DNA of 64,000 bases from an uncultured Acidobacteriota bacterium (lineage in GTDB: Bacteria; Acidobacteriota; Terriglobia; UBA7540): the NCBI GenBank assembly GCA_963804995.1, contig CAWDSK010000005.1, forward strand, positions 1,254,457-1,318,456. Reading direction: 5' to 3'. Each line of letters opens with the position of its first letter. Positions within the stretch are counted from its first letter, which is position 1. The position numbers and the translations under genes are program-made. The notes below the pieces were generated by a model. The model saw nothing but the letters and a program-made list of their open reading frames with translations, did no database searches and was not told where the DNA came from. This document shows, in pieces, positions 1 to 10,688 of the stretch.

Positions 1-718
1 TGATCTCCTGGCCCGCGCCTCGACTCAGCCCTGGAGTCCCCGCCAGTTATTGGAAGAAATCGCCCGCTCCGAAACCGAAGACCGGGCTCGCCGCAGCCTT
101 GAACGCCGTCTCGCCCAAGCCCGCCTCGGCCGCTTCAAACCTCTGGCCGATTTCGATTGGCACTGGCCCAAGAAGATTGACCGCCCCTTAATCGAACGTG
201 CCCTCACCTTGGACTTCCTCGCCTCCGGCCGCAATCTCATCCTCTGCGGCACGAACGGGCTGGGCAAAACCTTAATTGCCAAAAACATCGCCCATGCCGC
301 CGTGCTCGCCGGCCACTCGGTCCTGTTCCGCACCGCCGCCGATCTGCTCGCCGATCTCGATGGCGATTCCCCCGGCTTACGTCGCCGTAAGTTCCGCTTC
401 TACGCCCGCCCCACTCTGCTGGTAATTGACGAATGTGGATATCTGGCTTACGACGCCCACGCCGCCGACCTGCTCTTCGAAGTGATTAACCACCGCTATG
501 AGCGCAATTCTATTCTGCTGACTACCAACAAGGCTTTCAAAGACTGGAACACCGTTTTCCCCAACGCCACCTGCATCGCCGCGCTGCTGGATCGCCTCAC
601 TCATCATGCCGACGTAACCTTGATTGAAGGCACTTCCTACCGCGTCCGGGAAAGCGAACTGGAAGCCGCCGCGCACAAGAAAAACTCCGAAAGGAGCCCC
701 CGTGCCCACCGCTCTTGA
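1..718 (+). CDS. istB: IS21-family IstB ATP-binding protein (5' truncated by window edge)
   Basis: Walker A GTNGLGKT, Walker [18 protein letters not shown] and GTSYR motifs; frame is open to the window start. Confidence 0.9.
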   Translation, partial: DLLARASTQPWSPRQLLEEIARSETEDRARRSLERRLAQARLGRFKPLADFDWHWPKKIDRPLIERALTLDFLASGRNLILCGTNGLGKTLIAKNIAHAAVLAGHSVLFRTAADLLADLDGDSPGLRRRKFRFYARPTLLVIDECGYLAYDAHAADLLFEVINHRYERNSILLTTNKAFKDWNTVFPNATCIAALLDRLTHHADVTLIEGTSYRVRESELEAAAHKKNSERSPRAHRS

Positions 719-1049
719 AACCTATCGCCAAACGTTAATCGATCTCTATCTCCGCCTGCCCGATACCCCGCGCCGTCTGAGCCGCTTCGACCTGCGTCTG
801 GTCCGCCAACTTTGGCAGCGCCAGATTCCCCTGACGACCGTGGAAACAGCCTTCTTGTTAGCCTCATCGCGCCGCGCGGCTCGTCGCCCCGACGCCGTGC
901 CCCTCGGACCTATTCGCTCCCTACATTACTTCCTGCCCGTCATCGAAGAACTGCTCGCCCAGGCGGTCCCTGAGTCTTATCTTGCCTACCTGCGCAGCAA
1001 AGTCCCCGTCCACCCCGCAACCGGCAAAACCGCCGCCACCACGGACTGA
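702..1049 (+). CDS. Hypothetical accessory ORF inside the IS21-like element
   Basis: GTG at 702 with AAGGAG RBS, overlaps the istB stop, lies before the element end. Confidence 0.6.
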   Translation: MPTALETYRQTLIDLYLRLPDTPRRLSRFDLRLVRQLWQRQIPLTTVETAFLLASSRRAARRPDAVPLGPIRSLHYFLPVIEELLAQAVPESYLAYLRSKVPVHPATGKTAATTD

Positions 1050-1394
1050 CGTTAAACCCCACGCCGCAAAACCGGCCTCTGTTCAAATTTCTACGTTTTT
1101 AAATGGGCGCCGACATCTGTCACCCTGCGGGAATCGGGGGCCTGGCGCGGGGGGAGTTCGCATACAAAATGTAGAAACTCCAGCATTCAGCCACTGAGTG
1201 GCTGAATTGAGGTGTGGAAGGGCGTTTGCCGTTCCCGGTCCCTCCGGGACGTGGACATGCCGGCCGGCTGGCGCAGAGCAACGCTCTGCGGTTTGATTTC
1301 TCCGTAAGCGTACGGTCAGGGCCGTCTCGACGAATCTAGAATAGGTGGGCATTCTCCAGATGGACACACTGATGGTGTCCACTTGGAGAAACAG

Positions 1395-1802
1395 ATGGAC
1401 ACTTCCCGTCCCGCAGCGATCGATCCCGTTGCCTCGCGCAAGGCACTCCCCGAAAGGAAAAGACAACATCGCAGCCCGGAGCTGAAGCGCCAGATTGTGG
1501 AAGAGACCCTGGCACCCGATGCGTCCGTAGCCCGCGTGGCCCGGGCGCATGGCGTGAACGCCAACCAAGTATTCGCTTGGCGACGGCAGTATCGCCAGGG
1601 GATCTTGGAATCTGGGAAAGGGGGGATGCCCGGGTTGCTGGCGGTGCGTGTGGCGGAAGCGGGGGCGCAGGCGAGAGACGTGCCCATACGCCGAACCCCC
1701 TCCGGGACGATTCAGATCGAGCTAGCGAAAGGGCAGTTGCGACTTAGGGGCGTGGTGGATACGGAAGCCCTGCGCGTGGCCCTGAAAGAGTTGCTGGCAT
1801 GA
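1395..1802 (+). CDS. tnpA: IS66 TnpA (HTH)
   Basis: KRQIVEETL..SVARVARAHGVNANQVFAWRR HTH motif. Confidence 0.9.
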   Translation: MDTSRPAAIDPVASRKALPERKRQHRSPELKRQIVEETLAPDASVARVARAHGVNANQVFAWRRQYRQGILESGKGGMPGLLAVRVAEAGAQARDVPIRRTPSGTIQIELAKGQLRLRGVVDTEALRVALKELLA

Positions 1803-2146
1803 TCGGCCTGGCGGCGGGGACCCGGATCTGGATCGTGGCGGGCGTGACGGATATGCGGCGGGGGTTTTTGGGACTGAGCGGAATGGTACAGACGGCCTTG
1901 GAGGAGAATCCGTTTTCCGGGCAGGTGTTTGTGTTTCGCGGGCGGCGTGGTGACCTGATCAAAGTGCTCTGGTGGGATGGCGACGGACTGTGTCTGTTTG
2001 CCAAGCGGCTGGAGCGCGGCCGATTCATCTGGCCCCAAGCCAGCAGTGGGGTGGTCTCCCTGACGCCGGCGCAGCTTGCCATGCTGCTGGAAGGGATCGA
2101 CTGGCGGCGTCCGGTGCGCAGCTACACGCCGCAGATGGCGGTGTAA
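1799..2146 (+). CDS. tnpB: IS66 TnpB accessory protein
   Basis: TDMRRGF..VFVFRGRRGDLIKVLWWDGDG..KRLERGRF. Confidence 0.93.
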   Translation: MIGLAAGTRIWIVAGVTDMRRGFLGLSGMVQTALEENPFSGQVFVFRGRRGDLIKVLWWDGDGLCLFAKRLERGRFIWPQASSGVVSLTPAQLAMLLEGIDWRRPVRSYTPQMAV

Positions 2147-2245
2147 ACCAGAAACGTTTCCTCTTGCGTATTTTGTTTGCAGATATTGCACTTTCGTGCG
2201 TTTTCTTCTTGCATATCAAAGAATATCTGGCATACTGTGGGCACG

Positions 2246-3850
2246 ATGACGGCGCGCACCACCCTTCCGGATCTCAAGACGCTCAACTCCCAAGCCTTGA
2301 AAGCTCTCATCCGCGCCCAACACCGAAGGCTGGCCTCGCAGGAGGAAGAACTCCACTCCAAAGACGAGCAACTGGCTTGGCGCCAAGCCGAGATCGAACG
2401 ATTGAAGCTGCTGATTGCCAAGCTGCGGCGGATGCAGTTCGGGCGTCGGTCGGAAAAGCTGGAACGGCAGATCGAGCAGTTGGAGTTGCAGTTGGACGAG
2501 CTGGCCACCGCACAGGCAGAGAAAACGGTTGCTTCTCCGACGGCGGGGGCTGCCGCGTCGGCGGTGGATATGGGAAAGCCCGTGCGGCGGCTGCTGCCGG
2601 CCCATCTGCCGCGCCAGGTGCGGAAAATCCTGCCCCAGGAAGCCGCCTGTCCGGATTGCGGTGGTGAGTTGAAGGCCTTGGGCGAAGATATCTCCGAGAT
2701 GCTGGAATACGTTCCGGCCCACTTCCAAGTGATCCGGCAGGTGCGGCCGAAGCTGGCCTGCTCCCGCTGTGACAAGATTGTGCAGGCCGATGCCCCGAGC
2801 CGTCCCATCGCCCGGGGCTTGGCAGGACCGGGGCTCTTGGCGCATGTCGTCGTGTCGAAATACTGCGACCACCTCCCTCTGTACCGACAGGAGGAGATTT
2901 ACGCGCGGGAAGGGGTGGAGCTGGAGCGCACTACGTTGGCGGACTGGGTGGGCGGGGCGAGCCGGTTGCTGGCGCCGTTGGTGGAGACGCTGCGGCGTCA
3001 CGTGATGAGTGCCACGAAACTGCACGCCGACGACACGCCGGTGCCCGTACTGGAACCCGGCCTGGGAAAAACCAAAACCGGGCGGCTGTGGACGTACGTT
3101 CGTGATGACCGGCCGGCCGGAGACCTCACCCCGCCGGCGGTGTGGTTCGCGTACTCACCCGATCGAAAGGGGGAACATCCCCAAGGTCACTTGCGCCCCT
3201 TCGCGGGAACGCTGCAGGCGGATGCCTATGCCGGGTTCGACCCCCTCTATGAAACGGGACGCATTCGCGAGGCCGCGTGTTGGGCGCATGTCCGAAGAAA
3301 GTTCTACGATCTTCAGGTCGCTCATAAGTCGCCGGTTGCCCAAGAAGCTCTCGAACGGATCGCCGCTCTGTACGCGACTGAGAGAGAGATCCGCGGGCGT
3401 CCGCCCAATGAGCGGCGCGAGGTCCGGCAAGCCCGGGCGCGGCCCCTGCTGGAATCGCTCCACGAGTGGCTCGAAAACTGTCTAACCAAGCTGTCGCAGA
3501 AATCCGATACGACGGCAGCGGTGAAGTATGCGCTGGGCCGCTGGGAGGCGCTGACGCGTTACGCAGAGGATGGTTCCCTGGAGATCGACAACAACGCCGC
3601 CGAACGGGCGCTGCGTGCTGTCGCCTTGGGACGCAAGAACTATCTCTTTGCAGGCTCCGATGCGGGTGGTGAGCGCGCCGCTACCCTCTACAGTCTCATC
3701 GGCACCGCGAAACTAAACAGCCTGGATCCGGAGAGCTACCTGCGCGACGTGCTCTCCCGCATCGCCGACCATCCCATCAACCACATCGAGGAGTTGCTGC
3801 CCTGGAACTTCGCCAAACAAGGCGCCGACTTCCGCTCCGACCCCCAGTAA
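2246..3850 (+). CDS. tnpC: IS66 DDE transposase TnpC
   Basis: FGRRSEK, CPDCG zinc finger, HADDTP, CWAHVRRKF, IDNNAAERALR motifs. Confidence 0.95.
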   Translation: MTARTTLPDLKTLNSQALKALIRAQHRRLASQEEELHSKDEQLAWRQAEIERLKLLIAKLRRMQFGRRSEKLERQIEQLELQLDELATAQAEKTVASPTAGAAASAVDMGKPVRRLLPAHLPRQVRKILPQEAACPDCGGELKALGEDISEMLEYVPAHFQVIRQVRPKLACSRCDKIVQADAPSRPIARGLAGPGLLAHVVVSKYCDHLPLYRQEEIYAREGVELERTTLADWVGGASRLLAPLVETLRRHVMSATKLHADDTPVPVLEPGLGKTKTGRLWTYVRDDRPAGDLTPPAVWFAYSPDRKGEHPQGHLRPFAGTLQADAYAGFDPLYETGRIREAACWAHVRRKFYDLQVAHKSPVAQEALERIAALYATEREIRGRPPNERREVRQARARPLLESLHEWLENCLTKLSQKSDTTAAVKYALGRWEALTRYAEDGSLEIDNNAAERALRAVALGRKNYLFAGSDAGGERAATLYSLIGTAKLNSLDPESYLRDVLSRIADHPINHIEELLPWNFAKQGADFRSDPQ

Positions 3851-4013
3851 CCTTATCTGAATTCCCAAGTGTCCACCCGGATCTATAAGTGGACACTTAC
3901 GCTCACACATCAACCTGTCAAGACGGCCAACTTCGGACGCTTACCAAATAACGACAAAGTCCGGAACTTATTCAGCGGTAGAAGGTTGAGCCGCACGTCG
4001 AAAGATTTACAAT

Positions 4014-4043
4014 TTGCAATCAAGTCCATTTCTTTGTTATAAG
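4014..4043 (+). promoter_or_regulatory. Probable sigma70 promoter of tRNA-Gly
   Basis: TTGCAA ... TGTTATAAG just upstream of the tRNA. Confidence 0.5.
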
Positions 4044-4058
4044 TAGGTGGCATTGCGA

Positions 4059-4133
<75 letters not shown>

Positions 4134-4468
4134 TCCTTTCAACAACCAAATCCTCCTTCAAAAGCGAATGCCGTTCGTATCCCCATTAGATGACCGCGAA
4201 GGATGTTGTGCCGCGCGGCGGGGCCGCAACCAAAACGAAACTCTCTTGGTCCTACGTGCCTCTCAAGCTCGCGTCCCCATCTGCCGATAACCGTAGCGGG
4301 GAAGTGCGTCACGGCCGGGGTGGGTCGGTAAGCGCGCCCGTTACTCTTAACTCATAACTTGTCACTGCCCTTAGCCAAGCCCGCAAGGCAACCTTGGTCA
4401 CAGATGACCAGGGGACTTCGAGCGCGGGGGCACTGCCCTCAAAATCCTTTGGGTCGGAAGTCGCACGT

Positions 4469-4493
4469 TGTAGCTTGGGTGTCCCCACCCGCG
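4469..4493 (+). repeat. REP-like hairpin (TGTAGC..GGGTGTCCCCACCCGCG family)
   Basis: Near-match to the repeats at 7897, 9721, 14046 and 15907. Confidence 0.65.
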
Positions 4494-4823
4494 ATTCGTT
4501 GCTGTAGCGGCGCTCGGCCCCGATGATCAATTTGGAAATAACGTGCTATCGGGGCTCGGTGCCTGCCCCGCCCCAGCGGGGAGCGCCGGCTTTTGGAGTA
4601 GTCCAGACTTGCCCTTGAAGACTGCGGCCCTTACTGGGTCAAGCCAAGAGCCGTGGAGTCAAAGGGAACTCCGCCCTGCGCTTTCTGCAAATGCAATCTG
4701 AGGGCGCATACGCTTTACCACTGAACTCCTTACACCTCCATTTACTTAGATGTACAATGGCTCCGCATTGGGGGTCTTATACTCTCTAAAGACGGCGGGT
4801 TTATCTCGTCGAGGTGAGTCAAA

Positions 4824-6428
4824 TTGCCAGGTAACCACAACGAAATTGAGAAGCGTCTTTGGAGTGCGGCCGACGAGCTGCGCGCCAATTCCAAGTTGAA
4901 ATCTTCTGAGTACTCCGTCCCGGTTCTGGGGCTAATCTTTCTTCGCTACGCCGACCACAAGTTCACTCAAGCTGAAAAAGAGCTGGCAAACAAGGGTTCG
5001 CAGCGGCGCTTTGTGAACAAGACGGATTATCAAGCGCGGGGCGTGATGTACCTTCCGCCCACGGCGCGTTTTTCCCATCTCTTGAAATTGCCTGAGGGTG
5101 CGGATACCGGCAAAGCCATCAACGAGGCGATGAAGGCTATCGAGGCCGACAACGAAGACCTGAAGGACGTGCTTCCCAAGACTTACAACCGCCTGGAAAA
5201 CTCCACGCTGGTCGAGCTGCTGAAGACCATGAGTTCGATTCCCATGGATATTGAGGGCGACGCCTTTGGGAAGATTTACGAATACTTCCTGGGAAAATTT
5301 GCGTTGAGTGAAGGCCAAAAGGGCGGCGAATTTTTTACCCCAACATCGCTGGTGAAGCTCATCGTCGAGGTCATTGAGCCTTACCACGGGCGCATTTTTG
5401 ATCCCGCCTGCGGCTCGGGCGGCATGTTTGTGCAGAGCGCGCGGTTTGTAGAGAACCACAAGAAGAACCCCGGCGCGGAAATCATGGCCTACGGGCAGGA
5501 GCGCGTTGCCGAAACCATTCGGCTCTGCAAGATGAACCTGGCGGTGCACGGCCTCTCCGGAGACATTCGCCAGGCCAACACATACTATGAGGACATCCAC
5601 CAAAGCGTGGGCAAGTTTGACTTCGTGATGGCCAATCCGCCCTTCAACGTGGACAAGGTGGATAAGGAAAAGATCAAGGACGATCCCCGCTTTCCCCTCG
5701 GCATGCCCAAGGCGGATAACGCCAATTATCTTTGGATTGAAATCTTTTTCAGCGCCTTGAGCGCCAAGGGGCGGGCGGGTTTCGTGATGGCGAATTCCGC
5801 CGCCGACGCGCGGGGCACGGAATTGGAGATTCGCAGGAAGCTGATCGAATCGGGCGTGGTGGATGTGATGATTTCCATCGGCTCCAATTTCTTTTACACC
5901 GTCACGCTGCCCTGTACGTTGTGGTTTTTGGATCGGGGTAAAGCTGCGCCAGCCCCGGGCGCGAAGAACAAAGAGGGCAGGGCGACCTGTCCCGGCCCAG
6001 CCGGGAGCCCAGCCCCTACGAAAGATACGGTGCTGTTTATCGACGCCCGGCAGACATTTACGCAGATTGATCGTGCCCACCGCGAATTTACGGAAGAGCA
6101 AATCCAGTTCCTCGCCAACATTGTGAGGCTGTACCGCGAGGAGCCGCTGGCGGCGTTTATTGATGCGGAGACCAAAAAGCATTTCCCCAAGGGCAAGTAC
6201 AAGGATGTGTCCGGCCTGTGCAAGGAGGCGACAGTTAAGGAAATTGAGGCGCAGGGTTGGAGCCTGAATCCCGGTCGATACGTGGGCGTGACCGAGCGCG
6301 CGGCGGATGATTTTGATTTCAAGGAACGATTGGAAGAATTGAACGAGGAACTCGAAACCTTGAACGCCGAAGCGCGCGAACTGGAAGAACGCATCGCCGA
6401 AAACGTGGCGCAACTATTGGATGAGTAG
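4824..6428 (+). CDS. hsdM: Type I R-M methyltransferase subunit
   Basis: [27 protein letters not shown] motifs. Confidence 0.96.
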   Translation: MPGNHNEIEKRLWSAADELRANSKLKSSEYSVPVLGLIFLRYADHKFTQAEKELANKGSQRRFVNKTDYQARGVMYLPPTARFSHLLKLPEGADTGKAINEAMKAIEADNEDLKDVLPKTYNRLENSTLVELLKTMSSIPMDIEGDAFGKIYEYFLGKFALSEGQKGGEFFTPTSLVKLIVEVIEPYHGRIFDPACGSGGMFVQSARFVENHKKNPGAEIMAYGQERVAETIRLCKMNLAVHGLSGDIRQANTYYEDIHQSVGKFDFVMANPPFNVDKVDKEKIKDDPRFPLGMPKADNANYLWIEIFFSALSAKGRAGFVMANSAADARGTELEIRRKLIESGVVDVMISIGSNFFYTVTLPCTLWFLDRGKAAPAPGAKNKEGRATCPGPAGSPAPTKDTVLFIDARQTFTQIDRAHREFTEEQIQFLANIVRLYREEPLAAFIDAETKKHFPKGKYKDVSGLCKEATVKEIEAQGWSLNPGRYVGVTERAADDFDFKERLEELNEELETLNAEARELEERIAENVAQLLDE

Positions 6429-6435
6429 GCCCTCC

Positions 6436-6587
6436 TTGGAGTGCGGTAGCAGCAGCTACCGCCTTTCGTTGTTACGCGGCGCGATCTTGCCGTATGAATC
6501 GAAGGTGGAAGCCCTCGCTATTTCGGGCGCATACTTCGCGGTTCTTAGCGCGTTCGGAAGGCGGTAGCTGCTGCTACCGCACTCCAA
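6436..6587. repeat. REPIN-like inverted repeat pair
   Basis: TTGGAGTGCGGTAGCAGCAGCTACCGCCTT (6436-6465) and its reverse complement (6558-6587). Confidence 0.85.
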
Positions 6588-6624
6588 AGGGGGGCGAGCC
6601 GTCCCGCCTAATAGACACGTTGAA

Positions 6625-7851
6625 ATGACAAGTCACGCCAGACCAGAATGGACCGCCAAGCGGCTCGACGAGCTGGGATTCGTTGGGAGAGGGAAGTCGC
6701 GCCATCGCCCCCGGAATGACGAGCGTCTTTACGGCGGCCCTTATCCATTCGTGCAGACGGCTGACATCATGGCAGCGGACCCTTACATTTCCAGTTACTC
6801 TCAGACCTACAGCGAGTTCGGACTCCAACAAAGCAAGATATGACCGGCAGAGACTCTTTGCATGACGATCGCAGGTGCGAATACAGCAAGGACTGCGATT
6901 CTTAAAATCGAAGCGTGCTTCCCGGACAGCGTGGTGGGGTTCATTCCTGATCCGCTCAAAGCCGACCTTTGTTTTGTCAAATACTCACTCGACTTGATGA
7001 GGAACCGATTTCTCGCTGTGAGCCGCGGCGCAACGCAAGACAATCTTAGCTTGGATAAGCTTCTTTCGTTCCCAATCATAACGCCAGGCATAGATGCGCA
7101 ACGCCGCATAGGGGCCATCCTTTCCGACTACGACGACCTGATTGAAAACAACACCCGGCGGATCAAGATTCTGGAAGAGATGGCGCAGGCGCTCTACCGC
7201 GAGTGGTTCGTCCACTTCCGCTTTCCGGGGCATGAGAAGGTTAAGATGGTGGCGTCGGCCCTTGGGCCGATTCCGCAGGGGTGGGAACTCAAGCGGTTGG
7301 GAGACGTTGCGCAAATTGTGATGGGCCAGTCGCCCAAATCTGAGTTTTACAACGAACGAGGCGAGGGCCTACCATTCCACCAAGGCGTGACCAACTTTGG
7401 CGCTCATTTCCCGACGCACCGAGTTTATTGTACTGCTGAGAACCGGCTCGCCGAGGCGGGCGATGTATTGCTAAGTGTTCGGGCACCCGTGGGCCGAATT
7501 AATGTGGCTAACGGTCGGATGGTGATTGGACGTGGCCTCGCCGCTGTCCGTGGCCGTCATGGCCATCCATGTTACTTGCTTTATCAGCTCAAACATTGTT
7601 TCAGGGAAGAGGACACGATGGGGGGAGGGACGATTTTTAAGGCCGTAACGAAGGATGATGTTCACAGCATCGAATTAATACGACCTGAGAGAGATCTCGT
7701 TGGTGGGTTCGAAGGACACTGCGCACCGCTCATGCGGCAACTCGCGACCCTCACCAACAAAAACAGCAACCTCCGCCGCACCCGCGACCTGCTGTTACCC
7801 AAGCTGATCTCGGGCGAAATTGATGTGTCGAATCTCGACATCCGGACGTAG
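6625..7851 (+). pseudogene. hsdS: Type I R-M specificity subunit with in-frame TGA at 6841-6843
   Basis: ORFs 6625-6843 and 6862-7851 share a frame; two TRDs, conserved QRRIGAIL..DDLIENN..LYREWF and RDLLLPKLISGE. Confidence 0.88.
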
Positions 7852-7944
7852 GGGTAGGGCTTGCCTTACCCCTGGCGGGCCACTGGCCCGCTGAACTGTA
7901 GCGCGGGTGTCCCCACCCGCGCCTGGCCTTTGGCCTTTTGCAGT

Positions 7945-9395
7945 TCAAGCATTGGCGTAGCAGAGGGCGGAGGCGAGGGGGAAGGTACAATTCTGGGGCT
8001 TCGTTGTAGAGGGTTGGGGAGGCGCGAAGCCGGAGAAATGATCGAGACCCAGTCCCCGGCCCCAGACCTCGGCGCGCAGTTGATGGATGGCGTGTTGGGT
8101 GGAGATGCGGGCAGTGGGGGCAGCGTGGATCCACTTGGGGCGCGGCAGCAGGCCGTGGCGGGTACGGGCGAAGGCGCGATGGGTAGCGAGGAGCAAGAGG
8201 GCATAGGCGGCCACGGTGAAGGCGGGGGCAGACTCGACCGAATGGGGGGAGCGGACCTGGGCTTGGCCCACTCCCAGCAGAGTTTTTTCATCGCGGAAAT
8301 TAACTTCAATGTCCCAGCGTTGGAAGTAAGTTGTGATGAGGAGTTGGGGGTTGAGGTTTTCGTCGGTGCAGAGGAGGAAGGCGGGTTGGCGATAGAGCAG
8401 CTTGGAACCTTGGCGCAGACGATAGGCGAGCGGCGCGATGACGACAAGTTGCAGGAATTGGTGGGCGCCGGCGGCACGCCACAGGAGGCCGGTGCGGCGC
8501 TTGAAGCGGAGTTGATGGGGAATGCCGTGATGGGTAAAGGTCAAGGTCTGCCAGGGAGCATCGTCGGTGCGGACCTGCTCGGGAGTGGGAGCGGGAGGCC
8601 CGTAGCAGAGACGGCGACCGCGCGCCTTTTGGGTTTGGGGATCGGGCCGGAACAGCAACTGAGCATCTTTGCGGAGCCGGCCGATGGCGGTGGTATGGGG
8701 AGGAAGGCGTTTGAGGACGGTGCGGTTGGTGTATCCGCCATCGAAGGCGACGAGGAGAAGGCGCGAAGCGGAGGCGGGATCGGAGTCAAGGGCCGCACGC
8801 AGATCGTGGATCTGTTCGCTGGCGCGTTGACCGAGGCGGGCAGCGCGCGCTTGGGTGCGGTACTGCTGCTGCTCGGCGGCGGGGGCCTGCCGGGAAGGCT
8901 TGCGGGGCGTGGGGGCATGGCGGAAAGCAATGGGGAGCAAGCGGCAGGAGCCGTCGGGAGTGGGGAGCGCGAGGGAGGTTTGAAGAAAACGCTGGGCGCG
9001 CACGAAGTTGGTTTGAAAGCGCGGGCCCAGCGGGTCGCGGCGCCAAGCCACCCCGGGAGTGCGCCGACCGGAACGACGCAACAGCGAGTCATCGAGGAGG
9101 GCGCAGACGGGAGCGCCGGGTGCGAGTTCGCTCACCACCGCGCGGCGCACCACGGAGAAGAGCGCCTCAACCCGCAGACGGTGCTGGGAGAAGAGCCGGT
9201 AACTGGAGGTCCAGTCACGGAACTGCAGGCCGCAAGTGGTGAGCAGACCGGTCACGGTATGGCGTCCCAGACAAAGCAAGGTGCTCAGCGCGAGGGCTTG
9301 GGCGTGCGCGGCAACGCGGCGCTGGCGGAAGCCCGGGAAACATTGGCTCCAGAGTTGTTCGAGTTCGGCGAGGACGCCGGTAGAGTTTTTTTTAG
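7945..9395 (-). CDS. DDE transposase (OrfB, IS4/IS701-like superfamily), probably reached by -1 frameshift
   Basis: LLDDS, AFDGGY, YFQRWDIEVNFRDEK catalytic motifs; coding starts at an A8 run. Confidence 0.82.
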
Positions 9396-9572
9396 CACGG
9401 AAGGCGGCGGCGAGGCTCGTCGCAGGGCCAGCAGACCTTTGTTTTCGACGAACCATTCGACCGATTCGCCGCGCGCAAACTCCATGGCTTGGGCGAGGGC
9501 GGAAGGAAAGTTGATGTACCACTGCTCGCTCGCCTGGCGTTTGATAAGCTGTACTTTGGTAGGGAACCCCAT
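9285..9572 (-). CDS. IS OrfA, AbrB/MazE-like small DNA-binding domain
   Basis: MGFPTKVQLIKR..WYINFPSALAQAMEFARGESVEW; AGGAGG RBS upstream. Confidence 0.7.
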   Translation of the reverse strand: MGFPTKVQLIKRQASEQWYINFPSALAQAMEFARGESVEWFVENKGLLALRRASPPPSVLKKTLPASSPNSNNSGANVSRASASAALPRTPKPSR

Positions 9573-9720
9573 GAGAAAAGCCTCCTTGAGGAATATCTAG
9601 TCATATAACTAGATATCAGAAGACTGGCTTTTCTGCAAGTAAATACTTTCCGACAGCCTTTATCTAGTTAAAGGCCAAAGTCCAGGCGCGGGTGTCCCCA
9701 CCCGCGCACGAATTCAACAA

Positions 9721-9745
9721 CGCGGGTGGGGACACCCGCGCTACA
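9721..9745 (-). repeat. REP-like hairpin, inverted partner of the IS target
   Basis: CGCGGGTGGGGACACCCGCGCTACA is the reverse complement of 7897-7921. Confidence 0.85.
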
Positions 9746-9802
9746 GCGGGCGGGACGCCCGCGTTACGACGATGGCGATGGCCCAGAGAGGGATAACGAA
9801 AA

Positions 9803-10051
9803 ATGAACGTACGTCTACATCCCCACGCGCAGGAACGAATCGCCGAGCGGGGCGCCACGGAAGAGGAAGTTGTGGCCACGGTGCTTGAAGGGGAGACCTT
9901 TCCCGCTAAATTCGGACGGACAGGTTTCCGCCGCAATTTTGCTTTTGACGGCGAGTGGCTGGGCCGCCGGTACGCCACCAAGCAGGTGGAAGCCTATGCC
10001 GTTGAAGAAGATGGCTGGCTTGTGATCACGGTTATTGTAAAATACTTCTGA
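9803..10051 (+). CDS. DUF4258-like small protein (putative TA toxin)
   Basis: HPHAQERIAERG..EEV..WLVITV pattern. Confidence 0.7.
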   Translation: MNVRLHPHAQERIAERGATEEEVVATVLEGETFPAKFGRTGFRRNFAFDGEWLGRRYATKQVEAYAVEEDGWLVITVIVKYF

Positions 10052-10069
10052 AGGATGGTGAGTTCCGCC

Positions 10070-10330
10070 ATGAAATTAACCTACGACCCTCGCTATAACA
10101 TCGCGTATCTCCGTTTTCAGGAAAAGACCGCTCAGGTGGAAACGCTGCATCTCAGCGACGCCCTGAATGTCGATATGGCCCCGGATGGGACCGTCTATGG
10201 GATTGAAATGCTGAACGCGGATCAGCAACTCCGGGCGGAGGACAACGGAGACTTCGTCATCGTGAACGAGGCGCTGGCGCAAAGGCAGGTCGTCCGCCTT
10301 GCCAAATCGGAGGGGAAAGGTACGCCTTGA
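10070..10330 (+). CDS. DUF2283-like small protein (putative TA partner)
   Basis: MKLTYDP..IAYLRF..NVDMAPDGTVYGIEMLNA pattern. Confidence 0.75.
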   Translation: MKLTYDPRYNIAYLRFQEKTAQVETLHLSDALNVDMAPDGTVYGIEMLNADQQLRAEDNGDFVIVNEALAQRQVVRLAKSEGKGTP

Positions 10331-10533
10331 GGAAGCGACGTAAGCCGGCGAAGCGCTTCGACTGTATCGAATTCAAGCGCCAGGCACAGGCGGAGATTTA
10401 CCAGGAAATCAAAGGGCTCACGCCCGAAGAGGAAATCGAATATTTCCGCCGGCAGGTCGCTGCCGGTCCTTTCGGCAAGTTGTGGAAGTCCCTCGAAGAT
10501 CGCTCGCGGGCCGCGGCTTGGCACCCTTCATGA
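10327..10533 (+). CDS. Small hypothetical protein
   Basis: Overlaps the upstream stop; FDCIEFKRQAQAEIYQEIKGLTPEEEIEYF. Confidence 0.55.
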   Translation: MRKRRKPAKRFDCIEFKRQAQAEIYQEIKGLTPEEEIEYFRRQVAAGPFGKLWKSLEDRSRAAAWHPS

Positions 10534-10547
10534 GATTTCGCGCAGCG

Positions 10548-10667
10548 TTTGGACTGCGGCCGCGAAGCTGCCGCTTTCCAATTTGGCGCCGAAGTTGACC
10601 CCAGCCACAACCGCTATGTTATGGCTGACGATGAGGCAAAGCGGCAGCTTCGCGGCCGCAGTCCAAA
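10548..10667. repeat. REPIN-like inverted repeat pair
   Basis: TTTGGACTGCGGCCGCGAAGCTGCCGCTTT and its reverse complement at 10638-10667; related to 6436-6587. Confidence 0.85.
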
Positions 10668-10688
10668 GCGGCTGCGCCGCACACGCCA

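Larger units (their letters stand above)
1..1115 (+). mobile_element. Right part of an IS21-family element
   Basis: istB followed by a terminus ending ...AAATGGGCGCCGACA (IS21 ends are TG...CA). Confidence 0.65.
1304..3944 (+). mobile_element. IS66-family insertion sequence
   Basis: Imperfect TIRs GTAAGCGTACGGTCAGGGCCGTCT / AGACGGCCAACTTCGGACGCTTAC enclose tnpA-tnpB-tnpC. Confidence 0.93.
7923..9685 (-). mobile_element. Unclassified DDE insertion sequence, copy 1 (1763 bp)
   Basis: TIRs CTGGCCTTTGGCCTTT / AAAGGCCAAAGTCCAG; 22-bp direct repeats at 7901-7922 and 9686-9707; near-identical copy at 14072-15834. Confidence 0.92.

Noticed and set aside
6841..6843. UGA recoding (Trp/Sec) in hsdS
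   Set aside because: TGA is an ordinary stop in many genes here, and no SECIS or UCA tRNA is evident
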